Positions 35,910 through 48,710 of a stretch of 64,000 nucleotides of DNA are shown here, one piece after another (positions within the stretch are counted from its first letter, which is position 1; every line of letters begins with the position of its first letter). The stretch lies in the NCBI GenBank assembly GCA_038087875.1, contig JAXLNO010000065.1, forward strand, positions 62,001 through 126,000. Reading direction: 5' to 3'. A model generated the notes under the pieces. The model did not search any database and had not been told where the DNA came from. It saw nothing but the letters and a program-made list of their open reading frames with translations. Origin of the DNA: Malacoraja senta. Lineage: Eukaryota. The position numbers and the translations under genes were made by a program.

Positions 35910-36200
35910 GGGCAGCACGGCTGCGCAGCGGTGGAGTTGCTGCCTCGCAGAGCCAGAGACCTGTGTTTGATCCTGACTACGGGTGCTGTCTGCAGGGAGC
36001 ATGTACTTTCTCCCCGTGGCCGCGTGGCGCTCTGCTTTTCCTCCCACACTCCAAATACGTACAGGTTTGGAGGTTAATTGATTTAGAAAAAGATTGTAAA
36101 TTGTCCCTAGTGTGTTGGATAGTGCCAGTGAATGGGGTGATCGCTGGTCGACGCGGACACAGTGGGCCTGTTTACGCACTGTATCTCTAAACTAAACTAA
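35910..36200 (+). mobile_element. tRNA-derived V-domain SINE (HE1-like), near full length
   Basis: GGGCAGCACGG head, V core, tail CTGTATCTCTAAACTAAACTAA. Confidence 0.85.
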
Positions 36201-36637
36201 GATGGAAGTCAGTTTTCCGTGTAAGAACTGTAAAGGCCCACGGCCTGCCCCGTGGTCAGAAAAGGTGATATACAGTTGCAAGGTTTGTTTCATAAATTCA
36301 TTGATTATATAACTAGAATTAGGCCATTCGGCCCATCGTCTACGCCAGTCAATCATGGCTGATCTATCTTTCCCTCTCAACCCCATTCTCCTGCCTTCTC
36401 CCCATAACCCCTGACACCCATACAAATCAAGAATCTGTCAATCTCCACCTTAAAAATATCCATTGGCCTCAACAGCCTCCTGTGGCAATTAATTTGATAG
36501 ATTCACCACCCTCTGACAAAAGAAAATTCCTCCTCATCTCCTTTCTAAAGGTACAGGCTATTATTATGAGGCTATGGCCTCTGGTCCTAGACTCTCCCAC
36601 TAGTGGAAACATTATTATTGATTGAAGTATTTACTTT

Positions 36638-37472
36638 ACAAGATACAAGATACATTTATTTTGTCAGATGTACCAATTGGTACAGTGAAATGTGTGGTCA
36701 CCATACAGCCATACGAATAATAAAGAGCACAGAACACGATAGTCTTTTAACACAGACATCCCCACACAGCGGGATCAAAGTTTCCCACTGTGAGGGAAGG
36801 CTCCAAAATTCAGTCATCCTCCTCTGTTGTCCTCCCGTGGTCGGGGGGCTCCCGAACCCCCCGCTTTCGCCGCTACGGGCGGCCTGATGTTCAGGCCCGC
36901 TCGCCGTGGTGATGGAAGTCCGACGTCGGGACTGGAGGACATCCTCAGCAGCTTGGACATCCGAATCGGCCACCTCCTACCGGAGTCCGCGGCTCCCGAA
37001 GTCCACAGGGCATGTTGGTCGGAGATTCAACGTTGGCGGCCCTCGGCAAAGGGCCCAGGACTCCGTGATGTTGAAGTCAGCGCCGCCAGCGATACGAACC
37101 ACAGCTCCGATGCAGGCCTAACACTCCAGAGCTTCAATGGCGATCCAGGTAAGGCATCGTCCGCCCCGCGGTGAATCCAGCGCTGCGCCACCGCCGCCGC
37201 TGCTGAAGCTCTGGTCCGGGTCCCCGGCAGGAAAGGCCGCTCCAATCCAGGTGGTAGGCCACGAGGAGGGGGGCGAGGACGTGACTCGGAGAATAATCGA
37301 TGCCTCGCCAGGAAGTGACTGGGAAACGGTTTCCCCCTTACCCTACCCCCTCCCCCACATAGAAAAGTTAAAGAAATCTCCAACACAAACTTTTAAAACT
37401 GACTAAATATTTTTTAAAAGACAGAAAAACAGACAGACTGTAGGCAGAGGTTGCCATCAATGCGGCGCCCCT
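36638..37472 (-). mobile_element. CpG-rich non-coding retroposon with Rex/Babar-like tail and no tRNA head
   Basis: Minus-strand 3' end TTTCACTGTACCAATTGGTACATCTGACAAAATAAATGTATCTTGTATCTTG; 5' end GGGCGCCGCATTGATGGC; no credible ORF. Confidence 0.55.
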
Positions 37473-39409
37473 AGTGATCCTAATAGTTGAGAAGTGGTGG
37501 TGAAGGAGGAAAACGATGAAGCTTTGCGAGATCAACCCTGGAGGTTCAGGGATATACCTCTGGAAATCCATAAGGAACATTCTTTCTCTTCAAATAACGC
37601 AGTGGAATATGTCATGTCCTCTTGAGAGGGAAGTTCGTCTGTCTCTCTCTTTCGACAATCCCTCGTTTGCTTCCCCCATTGTTGTTAACACAAGCAGTGC
37701 AGGAAAACCCACACGGAGAAAACCCACACGGTCACAGGGAGAACATGCAAACTACAAATCGAACCTAAGTCTCCGACGCTATAAGGCAGCAACTCTACCG
37801 CCGTGCCACTATCCTACACACTATTGACAATACACAGAAGCCAGTGAATCTTAAAACCTCCACGTCTGGGAAGAAACTGGAGCGCCCGGAGAAAACCAAC
37901 ATGGTCACAGGGAGAAGGTGCAAACAATGTTTCTGACAGCAGCTGTAGTCAGGATGGAACTTGGATCTCTGGCTGTGTAAGGCGGCCACACCACGGCTGC
38001 GCCACTGTGCTGGTTGATTATAAGTGAATTTTGCAGGAGCACAGAGGGGTGAAGGGTTCGTGCCTGTTTCTTTTGGAATAGCGCTGAGGGACCTTTAATG
38101 GCAGAAGCCCCCCCTCCCCCCCCTGCTTTAATGCCCTGTGTAATAGGTGATATCTTCACCCTAGTGTGACCTCAGTCTGTGACACCAGGAATGCCGAAAG
38201 CAACTGGATGTGGGAGTGTTGTCACAGAATAATCTGACATATTGGAAAGCAGTCGTGCCCCTGCCCCCCTCAAGTCCAAACTTCAACCCGGCGCTAGATT
38301 ATAATTGATTCAACACCTCCCTCTCATCCATCTCCCACCCCACGTCCCAATCGATTTCAGCAGCACTCGCCTGTCTGGCCACATTCTCCCTGCTCTTTAT
38401 CCAATCTAAAGAATGCACCGGTTTAATTAATGATATGTAAATATCCTTGAATGGATGGCATTTGCATATTAAGATAGACTGGCAGAATTTGAAGAGTAAT
38501 ATATTTTAATTAAGGATTAATTAAAAATAATGGGCTTTTCATATAGGGCCCATTTTAAATGTTAGTGCAGACTGCTCCACGCCACTGTTTGGATACTTAA
38601 AGTTCAGCAGATGCTGGGAGTTTGAGACCGTGGGCTCTCTATCCTTGAGAAAGGGAGACTGAAGTGCAAGGGACCCCATTTCACTTTGGATTTTGGGGCG
38701 ATTTATGTCTTGCTCAGGCTTGAAGCTCAGTATTAGCTCAGCAACACAGAGTTCTAGCTGTGTAACTGTTACCTTAATGAGAGGCCATTAGCCCATGCTT
38801 TTTATATGAGTGATTAAAAGCTCCCATGGAGCAAAGAACCAATAACACCAATGTGCAGCTTGTGGATGCCGTTTTAAAACATTGTTTCAGCTTCATTGCT
38901 AGCAGCAACAGGGGCAAGGCTTCACAGCTTTGCTTCTTCTATATATTTATTTCCATCTAGTATCTCCCATCTGCCTTTCATTATCCCAGTCCCCCCCCTC
39001 CCCTCAGGAGTCTCAGCAGAAACCATCTTGTAAATAGCTGGTGTAACTCAGTGGGTCAGGTAGCATTTCTTGAGAAAAGGAATAGGTGACGTTTTGGATC
39101 GAGAGCCTTCTTCAGACTTGATAGTTGATGTCATTCCTACATGCCTGTGTTGGAGCTCGCTTTTGGGGTTCCCCTTTCTTTTGTTTCTTGCCCGCCAGTT
39201 CTTGAATTCACATCCGTGCCCCGAGGTTGCTTGTGGACGGTGAAAACTTCCAAGCATCTACAAATTGAGGTTTCTGAATTTCTGTCCTCTGGTGAGGACA
39301 CATTCCTAACAGGTGGCCAGCTCTTTGAGGCTCACCCACAGCACATGCTATATTCCACTATACCTTGTTTTTGGTGACATAAAATTATAAATGGGACAAT
39401 GCTGAGAGT

Positions 39410-39539
39410 GCTGTAGTCTGTACCTATCCCTGTCCTGGGAGTGTGTGATGGGACAGTGTAGAGCGAGCTTTACTCTGCACCTAACCCCTGCTGTCACCTG
39501 TCCTGGGAGTGTGTGATGGGACAGGGTAGTGAGAGCTTT
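39410..39539. repeat. 68-bp tandem repeat, ~1.8 units
   Basis: CCTGTCCTGGGAGTGTGTGATGGGACAG at 39429 and 39497. Confidence 0.8.
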
Positions 39540-40193
39540 GGGGTTATGGGGAGAAGGCAGGAAAATGGGGTTGAGAGGGAAAGATAGATCAGCCATGATT
39601 GAATGGCAGAGTAAACTTGATGGGCCAAATGGCCTAATTCTACTCCTAGAACTTGTGAACATGAACAGGGAGATCTAGCAAAGGGAGGAAAAAGTGTCAG
39701 GAATTGTCCAGGTGAATGTGAGGGCAGGATGGTTGGTGGTGAAGGTGGTAAAATGATGAGTTCCACATGAATGGAGGAAGCAGCACCATTGCAGTTATCA
39801 GCGTAGTGGAGAAAGTGTTGGAGAGCCTGTCAGCCTGTGGCCATTCTAAGTCTCTCTATGACTTTATGTGCCTCCTCCTTAACCCCTTGACTTCATCCCG
39901 TCAACATTACGTTCCTCTTTGCCACCGTGCACTTACGCGTTCAACAGAGCAACTGTTCTTTGAATATTCTCCTGAGTTCCCGACTGGATTTATTAGCTAT
40001 CTCTAGTATTATGAAGAGGAGATGAATAGAATATATTCCCACTGGCAGTGGAATCCAGAAACCAAACTAGTTCATAATAAATCACGCCATCATTAAGCCT
40101 TTACTTTTCTCGATAGTGGTACTTAGAGTTCCACGTGTAAACATCTTGTATGTTCTTCAATGCTCTTGTATGTTCTTCAAATTTATAATGTAA

Positions 40194-41536
40194 CTAGACT
40201 AAGTGTAACCCGTTGGATCCCTGTCACACAGGAGGCTTGGTCCCCCAACGCAATATTCCACCACCCACGCATAGCCTCCAACTGCACAGGCGCAGCTCAT
40301 TTCCCCTTATCCCTAGCACTCTCTCCACCTTCTCTTCACCCTCCCTCTTCTTTCCCCTCTCCTCCTCCCCTCCCCCAATCCCTCCCTCACCTCTCTCTCC
40401 CTCTCCTTTACCCTACCCTCAGTCACTCCCTCCCGCCCTCCATAACTCCTCTCCACTCCCTACCCGCCTCCTATCCCTTTATCCCCACCTCCCCCAGTCC
40501 TCATATCCCCCACTGCCCTCCACTCCTTCTATTTCCCACTCCCAACCTCCCCACTCCCCCCTCCTCTACTCCCCCCTCTACTCCCCCCTTTATCCGCTCT
40601 CCTCCCCCACTCCCCCCCCTACTCCTCCCCCACTCTCCCTCCTCACCTCCTCCCTCTTCTTTCCCCTCTCCTCCTCCCCTCCCCCAATTCCTCCCTCACC
40701 TCTCTCTCCTTTCCCCTACCCTCAGTCACTCACTCCCTCCCTCCCTCCATAACTCCTCTCCCCTCCCTACTCCCCTCCTCTCCCTCTATCCTCTCTCCTC
40801 CCCCACTCTCCCTACCCAGGATCTCGGGGTTGCCGCTCCTCTGCCTTCTTGCATCAGCCGTTGGCGCGGATACTCGGCTCGGACCGAAAGCACCAGCAGC
40901 TACGGCTGCGCCAGCTGTGGGAGGGAGGGGGGGGAGGTGGAGAGCTCGGTGAAAAGACGGGGGAAGAGCCATGGGAAACAGGGGGGCATCACGGGGGAGG
41001 GGGGCAGGTGCCAGCGAGGGGGACCAGAGGGGAAGGGGCTGGAGCTGCGGGGCATTGCGATGGTGCGTTTGGGACTCACAGCAGGCGCTGGACGCTCTCC
41101 CCCGCCGGGATCAGACTCTCCGCTTTCCGTTTGGCGACATCACCGATTCCGCGCTGCTTCGGGTCCCTCAGACAATTGTGTCCGGTTGGAGATCTCCGCC
41201 GGCCATCCTCAGCTCCAGTAAAGACGCGATGGTGCAGGAAGGGGTGGACCGTCCCGAGGAGTGACAGGAGAAGAGACCAATCTGCGCGGTGCTGACTGGC
41301 AGGAGGGGAAATCTAACTGCACACGCGCGTTTTTTACGATTTTTACACCTCGCTAACTTTTACAATACACTACTGATCGGAACGAAACTTGTTGCACTCG
41401 CAGCACATGAGAACGGTGAGTGAGCTGGCGAAAAATCATAGCGCTATCGCATACCGTTTTTGCGCAAATAGAAAAAACGTGCAAACTGGAAGAGCACTTG
41501 ATCAGAGTTTTAGTTATGTATAGATAGATAGATAGA
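40194..41536 (-). mobile_element. Non-autonomous Helitron with a different internal cargo
   Basis: A|CTAGACTAAGTG terminus with degenerate hairpin; other end TTTTAGTTATGTATAGA plus (TAGA)n; internal CT-rich tract and CpG-rich block. Confidence 0.78.
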
Positions 41537-42421
41537 TTGTATAAACACAAGGGCTGTGCGCAGGGCATTACGTTTTAATTTAGCAAATATTTATTCCTAG
41601 GAGCAATGGATCATTGGGGTTAGAGACAAAATGCTGGAGTAACAGCGGGTCAGGCAGCATCTATGGAGAAAAGGAATAAGTGACGTTTTGGGACGAGACC
41701 CTTCTTCAGACTGAGAGTCAGGGAGGGGGAAACTAGTGGTATGAGATCTCGGATCATTGGACGTCTATTTCGACACGGATGAGTAGGAAAGAACTGCAAA
41801 CGCTGGTTTACACTGAAGATAGACTAAAAAAAACTGGAGTAACTCAGCGGATGAGGCAGATTCTCTGGAGAAAAGGAATAGGTGACGATTCGGGTCGAGA
41901 CCCTTCTGATGGTGGGGAGAGTAAAATGGAATGACTGTGGGCTCAATGTAAATGGGCAGTTGATGGTCAGCGTGGACATGGTGGACCAGTGAACCTGTTT
42001 CCGTGCAGTATCCCTTTGGACCAGTTTGGACAGGAAAGTTTGAGAGGGATAAGGGCCGAACGTTGGCAGGAAGGAGTGGCATAGATGGTTGGATTGGGCA
42101 AATTTGACAGGAGGGCTTGTTTCTGTGCTGTATGACTCTATGACTCCAACAGGCTAGATGATTTAAACCAAAACATAAAGTGCTGGAGGAACTCAACAGG
42201 TCAGGCATCCTGGAGGGAATGGACAGGTGATGTTTTGGGACAGGGCACTTTTTCAAACTAATCCGAAGTCCCAAGATGTTCTCAGTCCATTCCCTCTCCA
42301 GATGCCCGCTGATTTGTTGAGTTCCTCCAGCACTTTATGCTTTGTTCAAGATTCCAGCAACTGCAGTTTCCTGTGTTTCCAGGTTAGATGAGTTGCAGCA
42401 TGATGTGTTGGACTGCCTCTG

Positions 42422-42720
42422 AGGTGGCAGTGGTGCAGCGGTAGAGTTGCTGCCTTACAGCGCCAGAGACCTGGATCCTAACTATAGGTGCTGCCTGTAC
42501 GGGGTTTGTACGTTCTCCCTGTGACCATGTGGGTCTTCTCCGGGTGCTCTGGTTTCCTTCCACACTCCATAGACGTACAGGTTTGTAGGTTAATTGGCTT
42601 CGGTAAAATTGTAAAATGTTCCTAGTGTGTGTAGGATAGTGCTCGCATACGGGAATCACTGAACGGCGCCGACTCGGTGGGCAAAAGGGCCTGTTTCTGT
42701 GCTGTAACTAAAGTCTAAAG
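42422..42720 (+). mobile_element. tRNA-derived V-domain SINE (HE1-like)
   Basis: Same consensus as 35910-36200. Confidence 0.82.
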
Positions 42721-43894
42721 TTTGGCTGGAGGGAAACACAATGGGGCCTGAGGAAACTCGACTGAGAGCCAGCAACAACAGTCTTGCCAAACCACCTTTT
42801 TCTAGTCCTCACCTCCCCCTATCCCCCCCCCCCCCCCACACACACTATAGAGACTGAGAATTGTTCAGAATGTGGAGAAAGGGATGTGGGTTGAGACCAG
42901 AGCTGAACTGTTTATACTTCATCACCCTCCCCCTCATTCATTCTATGTCAAAATTCCTTTCTGCAGCTACCCTCCCCCCCCTCCCCAGCAGGCTGGGTCC
43001 CTGGGGTCACCGGACAGATTTTACTGACCTTTCATTGTATCCACCTTCCCGCCAGCCCTCTCCCATTCATGCAGCCAAGGCCAAGGTCAGAGTTCCCAGC
43101 ACTGCTCTCGCCGTCGATTCCGAGCCATATTTGCACTAATGTTCTTTGCTCTATCATTCAAGGCCATTTCCACAGACTTAGCTGCTTTGCTACTGTGCCA
43201 GTCATTTTAAATGTTCGATCTAGCCTATTTACTAATTTAGACTGGATGGCCTCATGCTAGTCTGCACACTATACACTGCACGCAATCCGTGAATCTGCTG
43301 AAGTTTGAATGCTATAGGGTTTCCATGTAATCACTGATCATCTCTTGAAGCCTCTGACTACAGTTCCATCCTCGGTCTCAAACGGTTTTGGGTTGGGATG
43401 GTTTTCCAACCTTTGCACTACTTTGTAGGTTTGACTAATGCTGCACTATCACATCTTGTTCTGTACAATTTCAACCGATTTTCCAGAGCCTTGCCGGATT
43501 ATCCCTTTTGCTGGACCAACAGAGGTCACGTAATAATAATACAACACACCTCTGACCCACGAATTATACCACTCCCATGTATTTAAAGCACCATGGACTA
43601 CTAGAAGCTTAAAAATATATATTAAATGTAATTTAAATTTACAGTGATACTTGCATTTCCTGCACGGGCAGCCCAAGTGATGACTAATGAGTTGCCTTTG
43701 GAAGTCCTGATGAGCATCGGATCGGCGGCAATCCGCGGTGCTGAGGAGCCACTTTCCCGGCAGGACCGGCCCCTGGCAACAGAATTTCACACACCGCAAT
43801 CATGGGTCATGTTCATGCATTCCACTCCAGAGAAATCATACTCGGCCTCTTTAGTCTCTCCTCATAACTGAAAACGTATAAAAGTGTGGAAACG

Positions 43895-44190
43895 CACATC
43901 TCCAGATTTAGGGACCATTTCTTCCCAGCTGTTATCAGGCACCTGAACCATCCTACCACAACTGGAGAGCAGTCCTGAGCTACTATCTACCTCATTGGAG
44001 ACCCTCGGACTGTCTTTGATCAGACTTTACTGAACATTATTCACACCATTCCCTTTATCATGTATCATGTACACTGTGTAAGGCTCAATTGTAATCGTGT
44101 GTCGTCTTTCTGCTGACTGGATAGTACGCAACAAAAAAGCTTTTCACCATACCCCGGTACACGTGACAATGAATAAACTATACTTAACTA
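43895..44190 (+). mobile_element. Rex/Babar LINE 3' UTR fragment
   Basis: Aligns by eye with 3835-4108. Confidence 0.75.
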
Positions 44191-44607
44191 AACTTCCATC
44201 CCAGGCCATGTCCAGGTGAATCTGCTCCCAACCGTCTCCATTTCTAGAGTCACATCCTGTCATGGATCTCAAATGCAACATACTGAGCCGAGCAGAGTAT
44301 GAGGAATATTGGCTGTGAACAATACAGGCGCAACGATAGAGTTGCAGCCTTGCAGCACCAGAGAACCGTGTTTGATCCTGACTACAGGTGCTGTCTGTGC
44401 GGAGTTTGTACATTCTCCTCATGACCCTGTGGGTTTTCTCCGGGTGCTCCGGTTACACCCCCCCCCCACACTCCAAAGACGTACAGGTTTGTAGAGAGTG
44501 GTCGAAGCGGAGTTTGGAGAGCACTTCAATCATTCATACATAGAGGACTGAGGACCAAGTACTGGAAGATGGCTTAGGACAGAGGGTGCCCACTAGTCAG
44601 TGTAGAT

Positions 44608-44806
44608 TAAGGGTTCCCAACCTGGGGTCAATTTCGCCTACCCAGGGGGTAAATTTGTTGATTCAGGATTTGTCCATATTTTTTCTCATTGGCTAACTGT
44701 GTTTGATTCTGGTCATCATTAGTTGTTCATAATAAGTGAAATAACATTGTTATGTGCTATTAAAGTTGCCAGGGGTAAACTGGACGAAAAAGGTTAGGAA
44801 CCCCTG
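44608..44806. mobile_element. hAT (Charlie-like) MITE
   Basis: TIRs TAAGGGTTCCCAACCT / AGGTTAGGAACCCCTG; perfect 8-bp TSD GTGTAGAT at 44600-44607 and 44807-44814. Confidence 0.88.
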
Positions 44807-44819
44807 GTGTAGATGTGTA

Positions 44820-45105
44820 GTTTAGTTTAGTTTATTGTCACGTGTACCGAGGTACAGTGAAAATTGTTTTTGTTGCGTGCTATGTAGTCAATGAAAAGAC
44901 TATACATGATTACAATCAAGCCGTCCACGCTGTACAGATACAGAATATAGGGAATAAAGTTTAGTACAGATAAAATCCAGTAAAATCCAATTAAAGATAG
45001 TCCGACGGTCACCAATAAGATAGAAGGTAGGTCAGGACCACACTCTAGTGATGATAGGATGGTTCAGTTGCCCGATAACAGCTGGGAAGACACTGTTCCT
45101 GAATC
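44820..45105 (-). mobile_element. Rex/Babar LINE 3' UTR fragment
   Basis: Reverse complement of the 3870-4108 tail including (TAAAC)n. Confidence 0.75.
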
Positions 45106-45751
45106 TGAATGGGGTGGGCTGAATAGCCTGTTTATATGCTGCATGACTCTGACTTTGTTAACTATGTTATCTCGTGTCAGGTCAGTCCTCAAATATTACA
45201 ATAATCATCCATCAGGTGAGATGTTGAAGGAGATTCTATAGACTCGGTCTTTCAAGCCATTGACATTGAGAACTTTAGTTTAGTTTAGAGATACAACACG
45301 GAAACAGGCCCTTCTACTCGACCAGCTATCCCGGCACACTAACATTATCCTACACACACGAGGGACAATTTACAATTTGACCATAGCCAATTAACCTACA
45401 AATTTGCATGTCTTGGCAGTGTGGGAGAAACCGGAGCTCCTGGAGAAAACCTATGCAAATGACTGGGAGAATGTACAAACTCTGTACAGACAGCACCCAT
45501 AGTCAGCATCGAACCTGGGTTTCTGGTGCTCTAATGCAGCAACTCCACTACTGCGCCACCATGAAGGTCATTTGTTGGAAGGATACAGAAGCCCAATGTA
45601 AACGATGAAAGGACTGAACCATTCCCAAACTAGCCAAATCCTTACCCCGTCAAGCACGTCCTGCCCCTGGGTGACAGAATTTGTAAGGCCCACACTGCGC
45701 TCCCAAGCCCACAGAGCCAGTGAGGAAATGTCACCCCTGATCCAAGGGAAG

Positions 45752-45990
45752 GGAGAAGATGATGGTGATCTTCCTAATGTCCTGTCCAATGTCTGCCTCT
45801 CACGAATATCACCAAAATAATGGATTGTATTATTTATCGTTGTGCTTTATGGGGCAGCATGCTGTGCTGCTTTTCTAAAATGAATGCAACAGTGACTACA
45901 CTTCAAAGCAGTCTTTCAGTGCCTCCGCCTCGCTTTGATGTGCTTATAAATCATGGGCTAAGGAGTTATAGAAATCCAGATCTATCTTTC
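45752..45990 (+). mobile_element. Ancient Deu-domain SINE (SacSINE1/AmnSINE-like) remnant
   Basis: GTCCTGTCCAAT...GCTGTGC...CAACAGTGACTACACTTCAAA...TATAGAAAT..TCTTTC resembles the DeuSINE body and tail, recalled from memory. Confidence 0.55.
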
Positions 45991-46099
45991 ATCAGCTTTG
46001 TGACCTTGATGTCAGGATAAAATTGCTCTCCAAAATACTTTTCAAAATAAAATAAACTTAGGGTTTTTACAAAATCCCGGTTTCCCCTTCAGAATTTAT

Positions 46100-47020
46100 G
46101 ATTGAAAGAATCTTTTTCTGTATGTTTTTGTCTATTAAAAGCACCCTTTTCTCTTCTTGTTTGTTTATCTATTCCCCATATCCTCTCTATCTTCTCACTC
46201 TCCAATGTTCACTTTGCCTCTCTCTTCTTACCTTTCCTGTCTCACTTTCTCAGCCTCTTGCCTTCTCCCCTTGTCTGTCTCAAATTATCTGTGTCTAACT
46301 CTCTCTACTCTCAGCATGGCCGTCTCACCGGCCTTTCTCCCTTCCCTTTTTATTCACTTTTTCAAGGTCCCTCTGTCTGCTTGTCTGGTTCATTAAAACT
46401 GCCTCTCCTTGTGTTTCTGGGTCAGTTTTTGTCTCTTTCTCCCTCTCTCTCTCTTCATTTCTTATTCGGCCCAATATTTTTCTCTGTCTCCACCTATCAC
46501 CGTCTGCCTATTTCTCTCTTTTTCCCCCTCTTTGTATTTTTGCCTCTCACAATTTTCATCTCTCATTGCCAATCTGTCTGTCTCTCTTCCGTCTCTCTCT
46601 GTTTGTCTGTCTCTTGCTCTCCGTCTCTTATATCTGTCTCTCCACATCCCTGTCTGTCTCTTGCTCTCTGTCTCCAACTCTCTCTGTCTCTCCCCATCCC
46701 TCTGTCTGTCTCTTGCTGTCTCCACCTCTCATTGTCTTTGTCTCCCTGTTTCTCTGTGTCTGACTTTTACAGTTCCTACTTCACATTGTCTTATCGTTTT
46801 TCTCTTTCCCCCTGCCTCTCTCTGTGTCTCTCACTCTACCCGTCTTTCATGTCTGTCTGTGTCTTTCACCCTTCCTTCCTTTGTCTCTATTTGTCTCCCT
46901 TCTCTGTCTGTTTTTTTCCCTCTCTCTCCCCCTTCCTTTGTCTAACTGTCTCTGACTCCCTTCTCTGTCTGTTGCTCTTCCTCCCTTCCTTTGTTTGTCC
47001 GTCTCTCTGTCTCTATTTAG
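46100..47020. repeat. CT/TG-rich low-complexity tract
   Basis: TCTC/TGTC repeats; explains the spurious 361-aa L/S/C-rich ORF. Confidence 0.9.
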
Positions 47021-48397
47021 ATTCTCTCGTTTTTGAAATCGGCACTTTTATAAAATTGAGCGCATTACAATCTGACTGCTGCCGCCCGTGTCCACAGTCT
47101 GACTGTGGGCTTTGGTCACTGCAGGCGCTTCACTATTGCAAAGGCATTAATCACCTCGTAGACCTCTCACCATTACTTCGACACTAAACCTTTCACTGTG
47201 GTTTAATAAAAATTTCTCCTAATTATTTCAGAGGAGACAGCCGAGGGGAGGGGAGGGGGGGGGGGGGTGCACTGCTATGAAGGCCTTGTCCACTGACGTG
47301 ACTGCTGTACTGATCATGTCGAAGGATCAATAATTTAGGCTATGACTTTATGGGAGCAGGCAGTGAAGGGAGAGAGAGCTGTGCGTCTCTGTGAATCCCA
47401 CAGCAACAAGCCACAGTAAACCTGCGCTGTTAATGGAGCAGTTTCAAGACTAGGCTCTTCCACTGAAAATGGTTTAATAGGCCCATCAAATAGCTTTTGT
47501 GAAAATAATTGCATTAGTATAAATTAAGTATAGGTTTGCTTGTTGGCTGCAGAAACCAAATCCTTGACTTGGCTTCTGAATCTGTAATTTTCCACATACA
47601 CTCACCCCCTCTTTTCCTGTCTCTCTTTGAACTGAACGTGACAAGTTCCAGTGTTGCATTTTATTACTTTAATTATATTATTTTCCAATCTTTTCTACTG
47701 GTATAGATTAGTCTAGTTTAGAGATACAGCGTGGCAACTGGCCCTTCGGCACACTGAGTTATCGCCGACCAGCGATCCTGATACACTAGCACTATCCTAC
47801 GCATTAACTACAATTTACAATCTTCACCGAATGCAAGTGGCCTCCAAACCTGCACGTCTTTGCAGTGTGGGAGGAATCTGGAGCACACGGGGAAATCCCA
47901 CGTGGAGAGCGTACAAACTCCATACAGACAGCACCTGTAGACAGGGTCGAGCCCGGGTCATTGGCGTTGTAAAGCAGCAATTTTACCGCAGTGCCATCGT
48001 GATGTCCTCTTTACCGGGAGTGGGAACACCATCCAGCCAAGTAATTTTTCCAACCAACAGTTCCTTGGCATTGGAATTGTCATCATGTTGAAACATCATA
48101 CTGGAGTTCACTGCTAATTATTGTTATTCATTTTGTAGGATTTATTAAAATTTGAAAAAAAAACTTTTTTATGCACAGCTTGGTGGAGCCACACACAAAG
48201 GTGGACTGTGAACACAATGATTCAATGATACTTTATTATCACATTTACTTAGATACAGTGAAATTCTTTGTTTTGCATACAACCCGGTAAAATCATACAG
48301 CAGACTGCTGCCAACACTGTTGTCAATGCCAGTATATATCATCCAATTGTTCCTGCACTTAAGAGTTAACCATTTTTATTTGTTAACTCTTAACTGC

Positions 48398-48710
48398 AGG
48401 GTGGCACAGTAGCACAGCTGGTAGAGCGGCTGCCTCACAACACTAGAGACCCGGGTTCTATCCTGATCTCGGTTGCTGTCTGTGTGGAGTTTGTACGTTC
48501 TCCCTGTGACAGTGTAGGTTTCTTCCTGGTGCTCTCCCTCATCCCAAAAACAGGGTTGTAGGTTAATTGGCCTCCGTATATTGACCCTAGTGCTTAGGGA
48601 GTGAATGAGAAAGTGGGATATCATAGAACTAGTGTGAACATGTGATTTCATGGTCAACATGGACTCAGCGGGCCGAAGGGTCTATTTTCATGGTGCATCT
48701 CTAAACTCTG
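48398..48710 (+). mobile_element. tRNA-derived V-domain SINE (second subfamily)
   Basis: Head GGTGGCACAGTAGCACAGCTGGTAGAG; AAGTGGGATA..ATAGAACTAGTGTGAA block shared with 11445-11745 and 59068-59385. Confidence 0.8.

Noticed and set aside
40160..41221. 353-aa Pro/Ser-rich ORF
   Set aside because: Derived from a CT-rich low-complexity tract within a Helitron
46102..47187. 361-aa hydrophobic ORF resembling a membrane protein
   Set aside because: Stop-free only because of CT/TG simple repeats
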